DNA from: a virus
Taxonomy: Duplodnaviria > Caudoviricetes
Length of the DNA stretch: 63,067 nt
Virus record (IMG/VR): IMGVR_UViG_3300017963_000288
Location: 1 to 63,067 of that record
Reading direction: 5' to 3' (one strand)
The notes beneath the pieces are model-generated. The model did not search any database. It had not been told where the DNA came from and saw only the letters and a list, made by a program, of their open reading frames with translations. Both the position numbers and the translations under genes were made by a program. This document shows, in pieces, positions 1 to 8,356 of this stretch (positions are counted from its first letter, which is position 1; the number at the start of each line of letters is the position of its first letter).

Positions 1-19
1 GTCAAAGGGGGGTTAGAGG

Positions 20-215
20 GTGGTCAGAGGGTGCCGGAAGGAAGTCGATGGGGGCCAGAGGGAATCGACAGGGTGCCGGAATGGGTCGGGAAGGGAGCCA
101 GAGGGAGCCAGCGGGGAGTCGGAAGGAGCCAGAAGGAGTCACGGGGGAGCCGGGAGGTGCCAGAAGGAAGTCGATGGGTGCCAGAAGGAAGTCGATGGGA
201 GTCACGAGTGGTCGG
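20..215. repeat. G/A-rich degenerate tandem repeat region
   Basis: 21-mer GGTGCCAGAAGGAAGTCGATG in tandem at 156-176 and 177-197; a one-mismatch copy at 30-50; ~10-11 nt GAGCCAGAAG-like units around 95-140. Confidence 0.8.
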
Positions 216-262
216 GAGGGGGTCAACCCCTCGAAACCCCACGGAACCCCTTGAACCTCCGC

Positions 263-1165
263 CTACCCAATTTCGGACGCTCGCCATTGGCAAAGCCGTT
301 CCTTCGCCAGGACATCCGGACGCCAACCAGCCGCCGATAATCCCTCGTTCGCCGAAACGAAATACCGTTGGTCACATGGACGCCATGGGGCATACCCGTG
401 AATCGTCCCCCCTAGCGTCTCTACCGCGTCATGGAACGTCAGGGCATTGGCAATCCCGCCGCCCGTCACGTACTGCCCAGGCGTCAACCTGCCGTCCAGG
501 GCAAGAGAATAGGCCGCCAGGAGGTCGTCAACGTGCAAGAGGTCACGAACCTGATTTCCGTCCCCATAACACGTAATCGACCAGCCGTGGCGGATCGACC
601 GCCAGACGAACCCGATCCACCCCTGGTCAACAGTTCCTTGCTGTTCTTCGCCATAAATGCACGACTGGTGGAAGGCGTATCCACGGTCCGGCAGTAGATC
701 GGTGACATAGAGGGCTCCAGCCGCTTTGGCAATTCCATATGGCGTCCGTGGCGCAATCGGATGCCGATCCGTGATTGGTTCCTCATGTCCGATCAACTCG
801 CCGAATACCTTATTGGTGGACGCGATTAGGAATGGTCCCGAGCAATGATGCTTCGCCCATTCAATCAGCCGAACGGTGCCAACAGCGTTCGTACGGAAAT
901 CGGCCCACGGGGAGGTCATCGACCGGGTAACGGATACCTTGGCGGCGAGATGCAGGACGGCATCAACGGCAGGAAGATCAAAATCGTTGATATGATTGAT
1001 GTCCGCACGAATGAACTCGTGAGGCTCATCGTCGTTGATCGACGGCGGGGTCGCCGTAGGCCGTGACAGGTCATCTATTCCGATCAGTTGCCACCGCTCA
1101 CGATACCGTTCCCACGCAGCCCGCCCGATAAACCCCGCCGCCCCAGTAATCAATAGACGTTCCAT
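263..1165 (-). CDS. NAD-dependent NDP-sugar epimerase/dehydratase (CDP-paratose 2-epimerase-like extended SDR)
   Basis: ITGAAGFIG Rossmann motif, HLAA, STNKVFG, YGIAK (YxxxK), GDGNQVRDLLHVDD. Confidence 0.9.
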   Translation of the reverse strand: MERLLITGAAGFIGRAAWERYRERWQLIGIDDLSRPTATPPSINDDEPHEFIRADINHINDFDLPAVDAVLHLAAKVSVTRSMTSPWADFRTNAVGTVRLIEWAKHHCSGPFLIASTNKVFGELIGHEEPITDRHPIAPRTPYGIAKAAGALYVTDLLPDRGYAFHQSCIYGEEQQGTVDQGWIGFVWRSIRHGWSITCYGDGNQVRDLLHVDDLLAAYSLALDGRLTPGQYVTGGGIANALTFHDAVETLGGTIHGYAPWRPCDQRYFVSANEGLSAAGWRPDVLAKERLCQWRASEIG

Positions 1166-2547
1166 CAGTCAAACTCCACGAGTTGTTTCCCATTACGCAT
1201 GATGATCCTACCACCCATTTCCCGCAGAAGCCATAGCAACCGCACGGGAGGCATGGCTTGGTTGCCAAGGGCGATCCTGCCGTTGACCCGCATCGAGTTC
1301 ACCTTCCGCCGAATCTCGCTGACGGTCAATTCCGGATTCTCTATTGCGATCCTGCGCACACCATCCAACGCTTTTGGGTCTTGGATTACACCGGCCGAGC
1401 GGGGTTGTGATTCGATCAATTCAGCGTAACGCGAAGCCCACAGGTCTTGGTTATAATTCTCACGAACGTGCTCACTCAAGACCCGCCCCCACCTTTCCCG
1501 CTCACCTTGGTCTTTCAAGAGTCGCCGGACCATATCGTATTGCTGATCCTCTGTCTTGAACAGATAGGGGTAAGCGTTCTCCGCCCGCCCGGTGATTTCG
1601 GGAAACGTGATGCCATCCGGCGCCACAAGCGGCTGGCCCAACGCCATGGATTCAATCGCCGAGATGCAAAACGTTTCGTGGATCGAATTGGTTACATTCA
1701 GGTCACATTGCCGCAATCTGTCCAGATATTCGGCGTGGGTCTTGGAAAGGTGGATTTCCACGTATGGGCGGTTCCGGATTGCGGCGGCGTCCTTTGAGGT
1801 ATTCGACATATACCAGACGCGGAAAGGTGTGCCCTCGCCATATAGGCGATCAAACAGGGCGAATGTCTCTCGAAATTTCTTATACGCTTGTAGGCGATGA
1901 TTGTAGGCGACGATGGGGATTGTGTTCCCGGTTGGACGATAGGACAGGCTTCCGTCGAGGCATCCGTAATTGATTTTGACGGCCGTTTTCTCTATTGCCT
2001 TAGTCGCCATTGGCGACAACCAACGGCGGGCGTTGTCGAACAACATCCAGCGGCAATGGTCAGAATTGAACACATTAACATCCGCGCAGATTGAACTCAT
2101 CAATTGCGAAAGCATTAGGTTTGTCTGTCCGGTGTCACCATATTGCAGCGACGGGTGTATTACGTAGTTATGGGCGGCGATGACGCATGGCTTCCCCTGC
2201 GTCGTCGATTCTGACGGCTGGAAATGAGCGGCAATCTCCACGAGATTGCACCACACGACATCGAACGCCATCCTATCAAACAAGGCGTCATACCACACGC
2301 TATCAAACGTAATCGCGTTCCCACGCTTCCGGGGGTTGATACGCTGTGGCACCCGTGTCACAAATGACTGACGGAAGAATCCATCGTCTTGGTACTTGAA
2401 TCCGCTATGGGCATCAGGAAAGATGACGACGAAGTGCCAATCCGGCCTCGCCCGGTGCATGGCTTCAATCCATTGCGTATAGACGATATAGTTCGAGTCA
2501 CCATTCAACGCCTGTTTAGAATACATCGGCTGTACGAGGATAAACAT
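1165..2547 (-). CDS. GT-B fold (GT4-like) glycosyltransferase, possibly DNA-modifying
   Basis: C-terminal ETFCISAIESMALGQP (E-x7-E) motif; coupled to the epimerase and ParB-like genes; start placed at MFILVQ. Confidence 0.75.
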   Translation of the reverse strand: MFILVQPMYSKQALNGDSNYIVYTQWIEAMHRARPDWHFVVIFPDAHSGFKYQDDGFFRQSFVTRVPQRINPRKRGNAITFDSVWYDALFDRMAFDVVWCNLVEIAAHFQPSESTTQGKPCVIAAHNYVIHPSLQYGDTGQTNLMLSQLMSSICADVNVFNSDHCRWMLFDNARRWLSPMATKAIEKTAVKINYGCLDGSLSYRPTGNTIPIVAYNHRLQAYKKFRETFALFDRLYGEGTPFRVWYMSNTSKDAAAIRNRPYVEIHLSKTHAEYLDRLRQCDLNVTNSIHETFCISAIESMALGQPLVAPDGITFPEITGRAENAYPYLFKTEDQQYDMVRRLLKDQGERERWGRVLSEHVRENYNQDLWASRYAELIESQPRSAGVIQDPKALDGVRRIAIENPELTVSEIRRKVNSMRVNGRIALGNQAMPPVRLLWLLREMGGRIIMRNGKQLVEFD

Positions 2548-2548
2548 C

Positions 2549-3142
2549 TTATGACCGTATCTTGTATTCAAGTCCGTGGGATTGGCAGAACGCAGTAAGA
2601 TCGCTTTTGATGGCCTCGTCGTTGGCCTGTTCTGCCGTAATGGGGATGGCGATCAATAATGGCGAATCACTGAACTGTTCGCCCTCGGCGAACCCGGCCG
2701 TCTCACTCAGATAGTCCACGTTCAACGTGTTTTCCGGCATGATCCGATCAAAGACGTGTTGAAGGTTATCCACGTCCGTATGGATGTCGGCAAGTAGGAG
2801 TGACAATGCCTTCTCGTCCATCTTCGCCAAACCAGCGATAGGATCAAGAGCCGCGAGGATTTTCTTTTCCTGTTCTTCGGTCCAGGAACCGACGAGTACC
2901 GGCATCCGACCATCGACCAAATGAGCCGGATCGACCGCCTTTCGTAGGTGGCCGTCGATCAATCTTCCCGTCCGCTCGTTGTAGAGTGCCGCCCCCGCCC
3001 AACCGACCTCCGTCAACAGCCCGTCCAATCCACTCGTCTGCTCCGATGGATGCAGCCGCCAATTCGCTGGGTTGTCGGCCAATTCTTCCGGCGTCCTCCA
3101 TTCCAACCGCAGAGGCAAAGTTGTCTCGCTATCATTGCTCAT
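2549..3142 (-). CDS. ParB/Srx-like N-terminal domain protein
   Basis: NPANWRLHP...VGW...LIDGHLR motif, typical of ParB-like domains fused or adjacent to phage DNA-modification enzymes. Confidence 0.75.
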   Translation of the reverse strand: MSNDSETTLPLRLEWRTPEELADNPANWRLHPSEQTSGLDGLLTEVGWAGAALYNERTGRLIDGHLRKAVDPAHLVDGRMPVLVGSWTEEQEKKILAALDPIAGLAKMDEKALSLLLADIHTDVDNLQHVFDRIMPENTLNVDYLSETAGFAEGEQFSDSPLLIAIPITAEQANDEAIKSDLTAFCQSHGLEYKIRS

Positions 3143-3725
3143 CGGTCGTTTCTCCATTTTTGCTTGGCGGCTTTCCATTGCCGCTACCGGGGGGGTATTG
3201 TGTCGACTCCTCGGCGGCCTGTTCTGCCGCCGCCCTTTCAATTGCCTCGTAAATGCCTTCTCTCGTCATCACGTTTGCCCGCTTCTCTTGCTCGATCTTG
3301 ACGACCATCTGCATGAGGTTCGTCGGTTGCGTCGTCTGTTTGGCGAGGATAGCCAACTCCTGCTTCTTTAGTAGCAGTTCAAGCAACCGAATCTTCTGTG
3401 CTCGCAATTGGACCGCCACCCGCAGCCCTGCCATCCGGATGCGATCTTCGTGCTTGTATGGAGCCCGCTGGCGTTCTTCCTTTGTCATCGCTTCCGTGAC
3501 TTGCTTTTGGGCTGCCGCCTCCATTGCAAGCTGTTCGGCGAATACGGCCGTATCAATCTGTTGCTTGTCTGACCCCCAATCGTTCCGCAAAGCCTGTTCC
3601 AGTAAACGAAGGTCGCCGCGCAACCGATGTAAGTCAGAGCCGAGGTCACTCGATCCAAAAGGTTCCCCTACCCCGGAATGGTCGGCTGCTTCCGGCTGCG
3701 ATTCGTCGTGTGGTTCGGTGGACAT
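3132..3725 (-). CDS. hypothetical helical protein (possible terminase small subunit by position only)
   Basis: Long ORF overlapping the next start; no diagnostic motif. Confidence 0.5.
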   Translation of the reverse strand: MSTEPHDESQPEAADHSGVGEPFGSSDLGSDLHRLRGDLRLLEQALRNDWGSDKQQIDTAVFAEQLAMEAAAQKQVTEAMTKEERQRAPYKHEDRIRMAGLRVAVQLRAQKIRLLELLLKKQELAILAKQTTQPTNLMQMVVKIEQEKRANVMTREGIYEAIERAAAEQAAEESTQYPPGSGNGKPPSKNGETTDEQ

Positions 3726-3786
3726 AGAATTTATGGGGTGGCGGTGTCCAGAACGCACGCCAGAATACGCCGTCAGAACATCGGCG

Positions 3787-4197
3787 TCAATAGCTATCTT
3801 TTTCAGAACAGTACTTTTGGGTGGCAGGCACGATCACGACGTGACCATGAAGTCGCTTTGTTGCGAGGTTTCCATCTTCGGTGGTTGCAATAATCGAGTC
3901 CACCCCGTTCACAAAAAACCGCCCCAATCGCCGGACTGGGCGACCGACCTCACTTAGAACCACTTCAACCCAACCGTTCCGACCAGTAATCGCCCGCAGA
4001 ATCAAGCAGCGTGACACGTCGCGGCCGTCAAGTATGACCCGTGGCTCCATGACTACACCATCCGCTGCCGTTGTCTCACATGGGCATTTCGTCCAATCAT
4101 AGAACTCCGCCATGATGTCATTTCGTGGCCGAGGTATCGCCGTGACTGACACGTCCTCGCCGAAAACGACGCGGCGAATAATTTGTTTAGCCGTCAT
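3787..4197 (-). CDS. hypothetical protein
   Basis: ORF in a co-oriented chain with ATGA overlap. Confidence 0.55.
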   Translation of the reverse strand: MTAKQIIRRVVFGEDVSVTAIPRPRNDIMAEFYDWTKCPCETTAADGVVMEPRVILDGRDVSRCLILRAITGRNGWVEVVLSEVGRPVRRLGRFFVNGVDSIIATTEDGNLATKRLHGHVVIVPATQKYCSEKDSY

Positions 4198-4412
4198 GGC
4201 ATCACTTCCGCTGTCGGGGGGTTTGTCTGTCTATTCTTCCGGTGCATATTGATTGGCGGGCTATCGGGACAAAATACTAGCACATCCGTTCGATCAGCCC
4301 TTTCGCAATCGCCGCAATGCCAGATTGTTCGGCCACCGTCGACGCCGATTGCGTAGTTCCTGGAACCACACTTCGGGCAATTGACTTCAACGGGACACCG
4401 AGTTGTTTCCAT
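4194..4412 (-). CDS. small zinc-ribbon protein
   Basis: CPKC...CGDC; overlaps neighbours. Confidence 0.5.
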   Translation of the reverse strand: METTRCPVEVNCPKCGSRNYAIGVDGGRTIWHCGDCERADRTDVLVFCPDSPPINMHRKNRQTNPPTAEVMP

Positions 4413-4725
4413 CTTCCATAAACCGCAAGAGGCGATCCACATAGACGCCATGGCCACCACCGTTTGCCAATTTCACCAAGGCGGCCCGCGTGTGGCATCG
4501 TTTGATGACTGTTCGAGGTTTTGGGTATCGCCGCCGTGAGGCCATATAACGAGCGCAGAACCGCTGATACCACTCGGCGTTTACAGACACCGTCACTCTG
4601 ACGTAGCCGCCATATCGCCCTCGAACCTTGGCTACCCCCAACCATCCTGCATCCAACTCTTCCAACATTCGTTTTGCGCTCTGGTGAACAAGAGCAGTCG
4701 TGGGTTGATTCATGGTGGCAATCAT
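4387..4725 (-). CDS. hypothetical protein
   Basis: ORF in a coupled minus-strand chain. Confidence 0.5.
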   Translation of the reverse strand: MIATMNQPTTALVHQSAKRMLEELDAGWLGVAKVRGRYGGYVRVTVSVNAEWYQRFCARYMASRRRYPKPRTVIKRCHTRAALVKLANGGGHGVYVDRLLRFMEDGNNSVSR

Positions 4726-4973
4726 CCCCCGCTAAAACCTCGCCGCTCATGCAACTCCCACCCCGCCATAAGGTATTGCTTCAACTCGCGTTCGGCGTCA
4801 GAATGACTGTGCGTTTTGCTAACGGTCGATTCCCACCCACCCCCTGCCGGTTTAGTCCGTCGGCGAAAGACTTGGACGAATCGCGGCGGCGCAACACTCG
4901 GCGAAGCCGCCATATGCAAACGCGCGGCAACCAAGGCGTCGTCGAAATCATCGAGTTGTAGCAATACCGGCAT
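4722..4973 (-). CDS. hypothetical protein
   Basis: ORF downstream of a putative promoter; ATGA overlap with the next gene. Confidence 0.55.
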   Translation of the reverse strand: MPVLLQLDDFDDALVAARLHMAASPSVAPPRFVQVFRRRTKPAGGGWESTVSKTHSHSDAERELKQYLMAGWELHERRGFSGG

Positions 4974-4995
4974 AGTCCAATTCCTATTTTACGAA

Positions 4996-5023
4996 ATTAT
5001 ACCGTATAACATCAACTCAGCAA
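4996..5023 (-). promoter_or_regulatory. putative sigma70 promoter
   Basis: TTGCTG-16nt-TATAAT on the minus strand, just after a terminator. Confidence 0.45.
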
Positions 5024-5033
5024 GTCTCTACAC

Positions 5034-5066
5034 AAAAAAACCCCACTCCCACGAGGGGAATGGGGT
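5034..5066 (-). terminator. rho-independent terminator
   Basis: CCCCATTCCC-loop-GGGAGTGGGG followed by T7 on the minus strand, after the HTH gene. Confidence 0.8.
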
Positions 5067-5083
5067 AAGGCGAGGGATATTAG

Positions 5084-5308
5084 TCATTTCGGTTTGTCGG
5101 GGAGAAGGCGTCGTGGATTCACCCCCAAAAGAGCGGCGTACTCCGCCAGGGTCCAGGTCGGGATGTCCACGAAGCCCCGCTCGCGTCGGCACTGCACGAC
5201 GTTTCCGATACCCATCGCACACGCTAAGTCTACCTGACTCATTCCACGGCGTTCCCGCCATTTGCGGATCGCTCCGCCAACAGACTTCAACCAATCGGAT
5301 CGGTTCAT
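5084..5308 (-). CDS. XRE-family helix-turn-helix regulator
   Basis: IRKWRERRGMSQVDLA...YAALLGVNPRRLL. Confidence 0.8.
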   Translation of the reverse strand: MNRSDWLKSVGGAIRKWRERRGMSQVDLACAMGIGNVVQCRRERGFVDIPTWTLAEYAALLGVNPRRLLPDKPK

Positions 5309-5311
5309 TTG

Positions 5312-5719
5312 TTATACCCTTTCCGGTCGCCGTGGCCGTGGTAGAAACCCACGACGAAGGACGGCCAAACGCACCCACGACAGGTTTGCCCTATCTTGTT
5401 GCCACTTCAACCACAGTACATTCGCCAGCGTCAATCGCCCCCCGTGGGCCTCCCCGTGGCAGCCGGACACGTTGCCCGACCCACAGAGAACGATTAGGTT
5501 CGTTGCTTCATCCGAACGTCCCACCCCACCGATTATGTGATGTCGATTTCCTCCCTTTGCGCCACAACATTGGCAGCGAGAAAACCGCCACCCGATCAAC
5601 TCCAAGGCGTCAGTGTCTCGGATGGTTTTTGCGGGTGGAAAGTCCGCAGTCCGTTTCGGAAGATACAACCGATGGTCGGCAAAACAGATGCCTTGACCAT
5701 CTTCAAACCTCGCCAGCAT
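5312..5719 (-). CDS. HNH endonuclease
   Basis: CQCCG...HHIIG...NLIVLC...CHGEAH. Confidence 0.8.
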   Translation of the reverse strand: MLARFEDGQGICFADHRLYLPKRTADFPPAKTIRDTDALELIGWRFSRCQCCGAKGGNRHHIIGGVGRSDEATNLIVLCGSGNVSGCHGEAHGGRLTLANVLWLKWQQDRANLSWVRLAVLRRGFLPRPRRPERV

Positions 5720-5951
5720 CGCTCGCCTCTTTCGTTCGGGCTTCCCATTCCTTGACGACCGCGACAAGATCGACAATGAACTTGCTCGCCATCTTGATGT
5801 CCGGAAGCACCATAAACCCGGTAGACGCGGGGTGTCCCTCGTGGCAATCTGCCACAAGATCGAATGAGATAAACGAGTCGTCGGGGTTATCCTCGTCCCA
5901 CCGGAGTTCCGGCAGACTCGCGACAATCGTCTGGTGTATGTGAATGTCCAT
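5703..5951 (-). CDS. hypothetical protein
   Basis: AGGAGG RBS upstream of ATG. Confidence 0.6.
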   Translation of the reverse strand: MDIHIHQTIVASLPELRWDEDNPDDSFISFDLVADCHEGHPASTGFMVLPDIKMASKFIVDLVAVVKEWEARTKEASDAGEV

Positions 5952-5965
5952 CTAAAACCTCCTGG

Positions 5966-6012
5966 TAAACAAAAACAAAAGGGGTCGCGCGGGCGTCTTT
6001 TCCCGCGCGACC
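5966..6012 (-). terminator. rho-independent terminator
   Basis: 11-bp perfect stem GGTCGCGCGGG/CCCGCGCGACC followed by CCTTTTGTTTTTGTTT on the minus strand. Confidence 0.8.
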
Positions 6013-6027
6013 AACCACCCGGCTATT

Positions 6028-6483
6028 TCAGGGCCGTTCGTCGATCCGGAATGGTTTGAAAGGAGCAAGGCCGCGAAGCCTTGCGGCGAGCGTGGGACGG
6101 CCCATGACGCCCACTCCAGTATTGCTCGCCGATACTATGGCATGGCGCACGACATGCCTACCATGCGCCACCAGCCAACTGTGTTCATCGGCAATCGCAT
6201 TCTCGCGATCCCCATAACAACCCCATGTCGGGCCGTTGATGATGTTGATCCGCCAATCGCACCGCCAGCGGCGAGTCCATCCTGCAATATGGCTCTCGTC
6301 GGGCACGCATGCTCGCAATAGGCGAAATAGTACACGCAAGAGAAGGGACACCGGCTCGATGTGCGACAAGCGGATGCGAGCGCCGGAGCCGAGGGCGTTC
6401 TCAAGGGAGTCTAGTTCCCTCGACCCCAACCATTCGCACGACCCATCGCGTCGGATCGTAATTGCGATTTCAGTGGTAGACAC
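6028..6483 (-). CDS. hypothetical protein, last gene of the AAA/DUF2997 module
   Basis: ITIRRDG...RLSHIEP...W pattern; overlaps the DUF2997-like gene. Confidence 0.6.
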   Translation of the reverse strand: MSTTEIAITIRRDGSCEWLGSRELDSLENALGSGARIRLSHIEPVSLLLRVLFRLLRACVPDESHIAGWTRRWRCDWRINIINGPTWGCYGDRENAIADEHSWLVAHGRHVVRHAIVSASNTGVGVMGRPTLAARLRGLAPFKPFRIDERP

Positions 6484-6655
6484 GGTGCCCCTCCCCTCGC
6501 TCGTGATACTCGGGCGTCAGGCGATCCCCGTCCACAACACCAAGTGATTGCTCCAGCCCCTTCGTGAGGTCTTTGCATCCCTTTCCCTTGACTCCCTTTA
6601 CCTCGATTTCCGTCGCACCGTCTTGGGTGACTGTGATAATTACCTGCTGGCTCAT
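6470..6655 (-). CDS. DUF2997-like small protein
   Basis: IIITVTQDGATEIEVKGVKGKGCKDLTKGLEQSLG-type pattern (VIITV...GxxCxxxTxxLExxLG). Confidence 0.75.
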   Translation of the reverse strand: MSQQVIITVTQDGATEIEVKGVKGKGCKDLTKGLEQSLGVVDGDRLTPEYHERGEGHRVYH

Positions 6656-6691
6656 ATCGTTTTTCTCCTGATTGTTTGTTGTTTGTGGTCG

Positions 6692-6892
6692 TCAATAATT
6701 ACTGGTTATATCTTCGAGCGTACCAGTAATTTCCTCAAGTTGCATTATGCAATCTTCAATCTGCTCGCCTTGCGCGGAGCAGCGGAAATTATCGGGGAGG
6801 TTTTCGAGGACTTCCAGTTCCTCCGCCAAGACCTCGTTCATGATGTCGAGCGCCTCACCGAGGCGCTTGCGGCGTGCTGCGTTCATTTTCAC
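6692..6892 (-). CDS. hypothetical phage protein
   Basis: MNAARRKRL...ENLPDNFR..QGE pattern, common among small phage proteins. Confidence 0.65.
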   Translation of the reverse strand: MKMNAARRKRLGEALDIMNEVLAEELEVLENLPDNFRCSAQGEQIEDCIMQLEEITGTLEDITSNY

Positions 6893-6898
6893 TCCCCC

Positions 6899-7297
6899 CT
6901 ATTTGTAGGCGACGAGTTGGAGTCGTCCATCGTCAAGCCGTTTCTCGCGGAAGCGAAACCCCTTGCGACTCAGCTTCTTCTTCGCGAGTGCCTTGACGTA
7001 GTTCTCGTTCAAGTGCTGCAACTGTGGGCCCAGCACCTTGTCGATTACGCGACCATAGCTGTCGTAGGCGAGCGTGTAGCCGTTCGTCTCTTTGTTATGG
7101 CTGTCCTTTGCCTGAACGACGCCGATTTCGTAGTTCGTTCCGGGTACTCTGATGACGTGCTCGCATGGCGATTTTCGACCGGACCAATACCGATGCTCTT
7201 TCAATCCGCGAACGAACTCACAGCCAAGCCCCCGAACGACCGACTCCAGCACGTTAAGGTCATTGACCTCCAGTTTGATTGATACTACATGACTCAC
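6899..7297 (-). CDS. DUF1257-like (Ycf35-like) protein
   Basis: GTG start after an AAAGGAG RBS; SHVVSIKLEVNDLNVL...YEIGV...YD; module context. Confidence 0.7.
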   Translation of the reverse strand: MSHVVSIKLEVNDLNVLESVVRGLGCEFVRGLKEHRYWSGRKSPCEHVIRVPGTNYEIGVVQAKDSHNKETNGYTLAYDSYGRVIDKVLGPQLQHLNENYVKALAKKKLSRKGFRFREKRLDDGRLQLVAYK

Positions 7298-7361
7298 GAT
7301 AGGCTCCTTTGTTCTAGTTTCAGTGTTAATTATACCATACCTTGCCCCGTTTGTGCCCGAT

Positions 7362-8261
7362 CTACTCATCATCCTCGAAACTGACGATCCTGCCGGGGCC
7401 ATCGGCCAAAAGCGTGTGCAATTGCTTGACGGCACCGTCCAGCGTTTCTTTGACCGAATCCCTGACGCCTCGGTTCGTTCGCAGGTCGTCCAGACTCTTG
7501 CCGTCCAGGGCCGAACGGATCGTATTGACGACGCTACCGAGGTCCTTGTCGTCCAGAATGTCGCGCTTATCAAATAAGGCTAACCACTCAAGGACTTTCC
7601 GCAATGTTCCCGGTTGCAGCGTTTGTCGGTGTCCGTTATCTTTCACGCCAAGAGCGTGCGCCAATTTCTCCGCGAGTCCGGCGATCCCTTCGCGAAGTGC
7701 AATCTTCGCCTCGTCGGCAAGGGCCGTCAACTCGACCTGTACTCTGTCGCGCTCTTTGGCGTAGAGGTATTCGCCGATCTGTGATGCGCCAGGCGTGGCC
7801 CATTGCGTGACTCGTTTCTCCACCCAGAACGCCCGCCGCAAGGCGCTCACGCTCGGGTAATCCGCCTCGTTGAACTGGTTCGCGAGTGCCGCCCTCGCAA
7901 TTTCCTTCTGGGCGGGATACACAACGAGAAACGCCTCGACGGCCTCTTGGTATTTTTCCTCATCCACCAATACGCGGTCGTATGCCTGTTCGAGCAAACT
8001 GATCGGAATCAAGTGCCGCCCCGTCTTGAATGGCCCATGCAATTCAAGGTCGCGCAGATATGAGCGACATGCGGAGGCGATCTTGCAGATGTACTTGTAC
8101 TCGGGCGACTCGACGATACGCTTGTTCAACCCGAGTTGCGACTTGTCCGCAGAAGTCTCGATTTCTGCCATGTCGCCGCGTCGATGGATTCCCGGCCGAT
8201 GGAAAACGACCTCCAGAATCACGGTGCCTTGTTCGAGTGCGTTGACTGTTGCGCTAGTCAT
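7362..8261 (-). CDS. DUF3150-like protein
   Basis: Helical ~300 aa protein with FNEADYPSVSALRRAF motif, directly after the AAA gene. Confidence 0.65.
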   Translation of the reverse strand: MTSATVNALEQGTVILEVVFHRPGIHRRGDMAEIETSADKSQLGLNKRIVESPEYKYICKIASACRSYLRDLELHGPFKTGRHLIPISLLEQAYDRVLVDEEKYQEAVEAFLVVYPAQKEIARAALANQFNEADYPSVSALRRAFWVEKRVTQWATPGASQIGEYLYAKERDRVQVELTALADEAKIALREGIAGLAEKLAHALGVKDNGHRQTLQPGTLRKVLEWLALFDKRDILDDKDLGSVVNTIRSALDGKSLDDLRTNRGVRDSVKETLDGAVKQLHTLLADGPGRIVSFEDDE

Positions 8262-8302
8262 GATCTAACTCCTTGCAATTGGAAATGTGACGGATTCTCA
8301 GT

Positions 8303-8352
8303 CGATCCGCTCTAGGTAGCCGTGCTCACCCACGGCTACCCTGGCCGGATCG
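8303..8352. other. long intergenic stem-loop
   Basis: CGATCCG(8303-8309)/CGGATCG(8346-8352) and GGTAGCCGTG(8315-8324)/CACGGCTACC(8331-8340). Confidence 0.7.
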
Positions 8353-8356
8353 GCAA

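Noticed and set aside
3132-3725. Firm terminase small subunit call
   Set aside because: Only positional support; no recognisable motif.
4816-5943. 375-aa plus-strand ORF and similar long antisense ORFs (e.g. 11904-12776, 23972-25057, 55969-56796)
   Set aside because: Shadow frames opposite well-supported genes in GC-rich DNA.
7149-7156. Other CTGATGA/CTGACGA hammerhead-like cores (e.g. near 7149, 34320, 39519)
   Set aside because: They lie inside coding genes, and I found no flanking stems or matching GAAA by eye.
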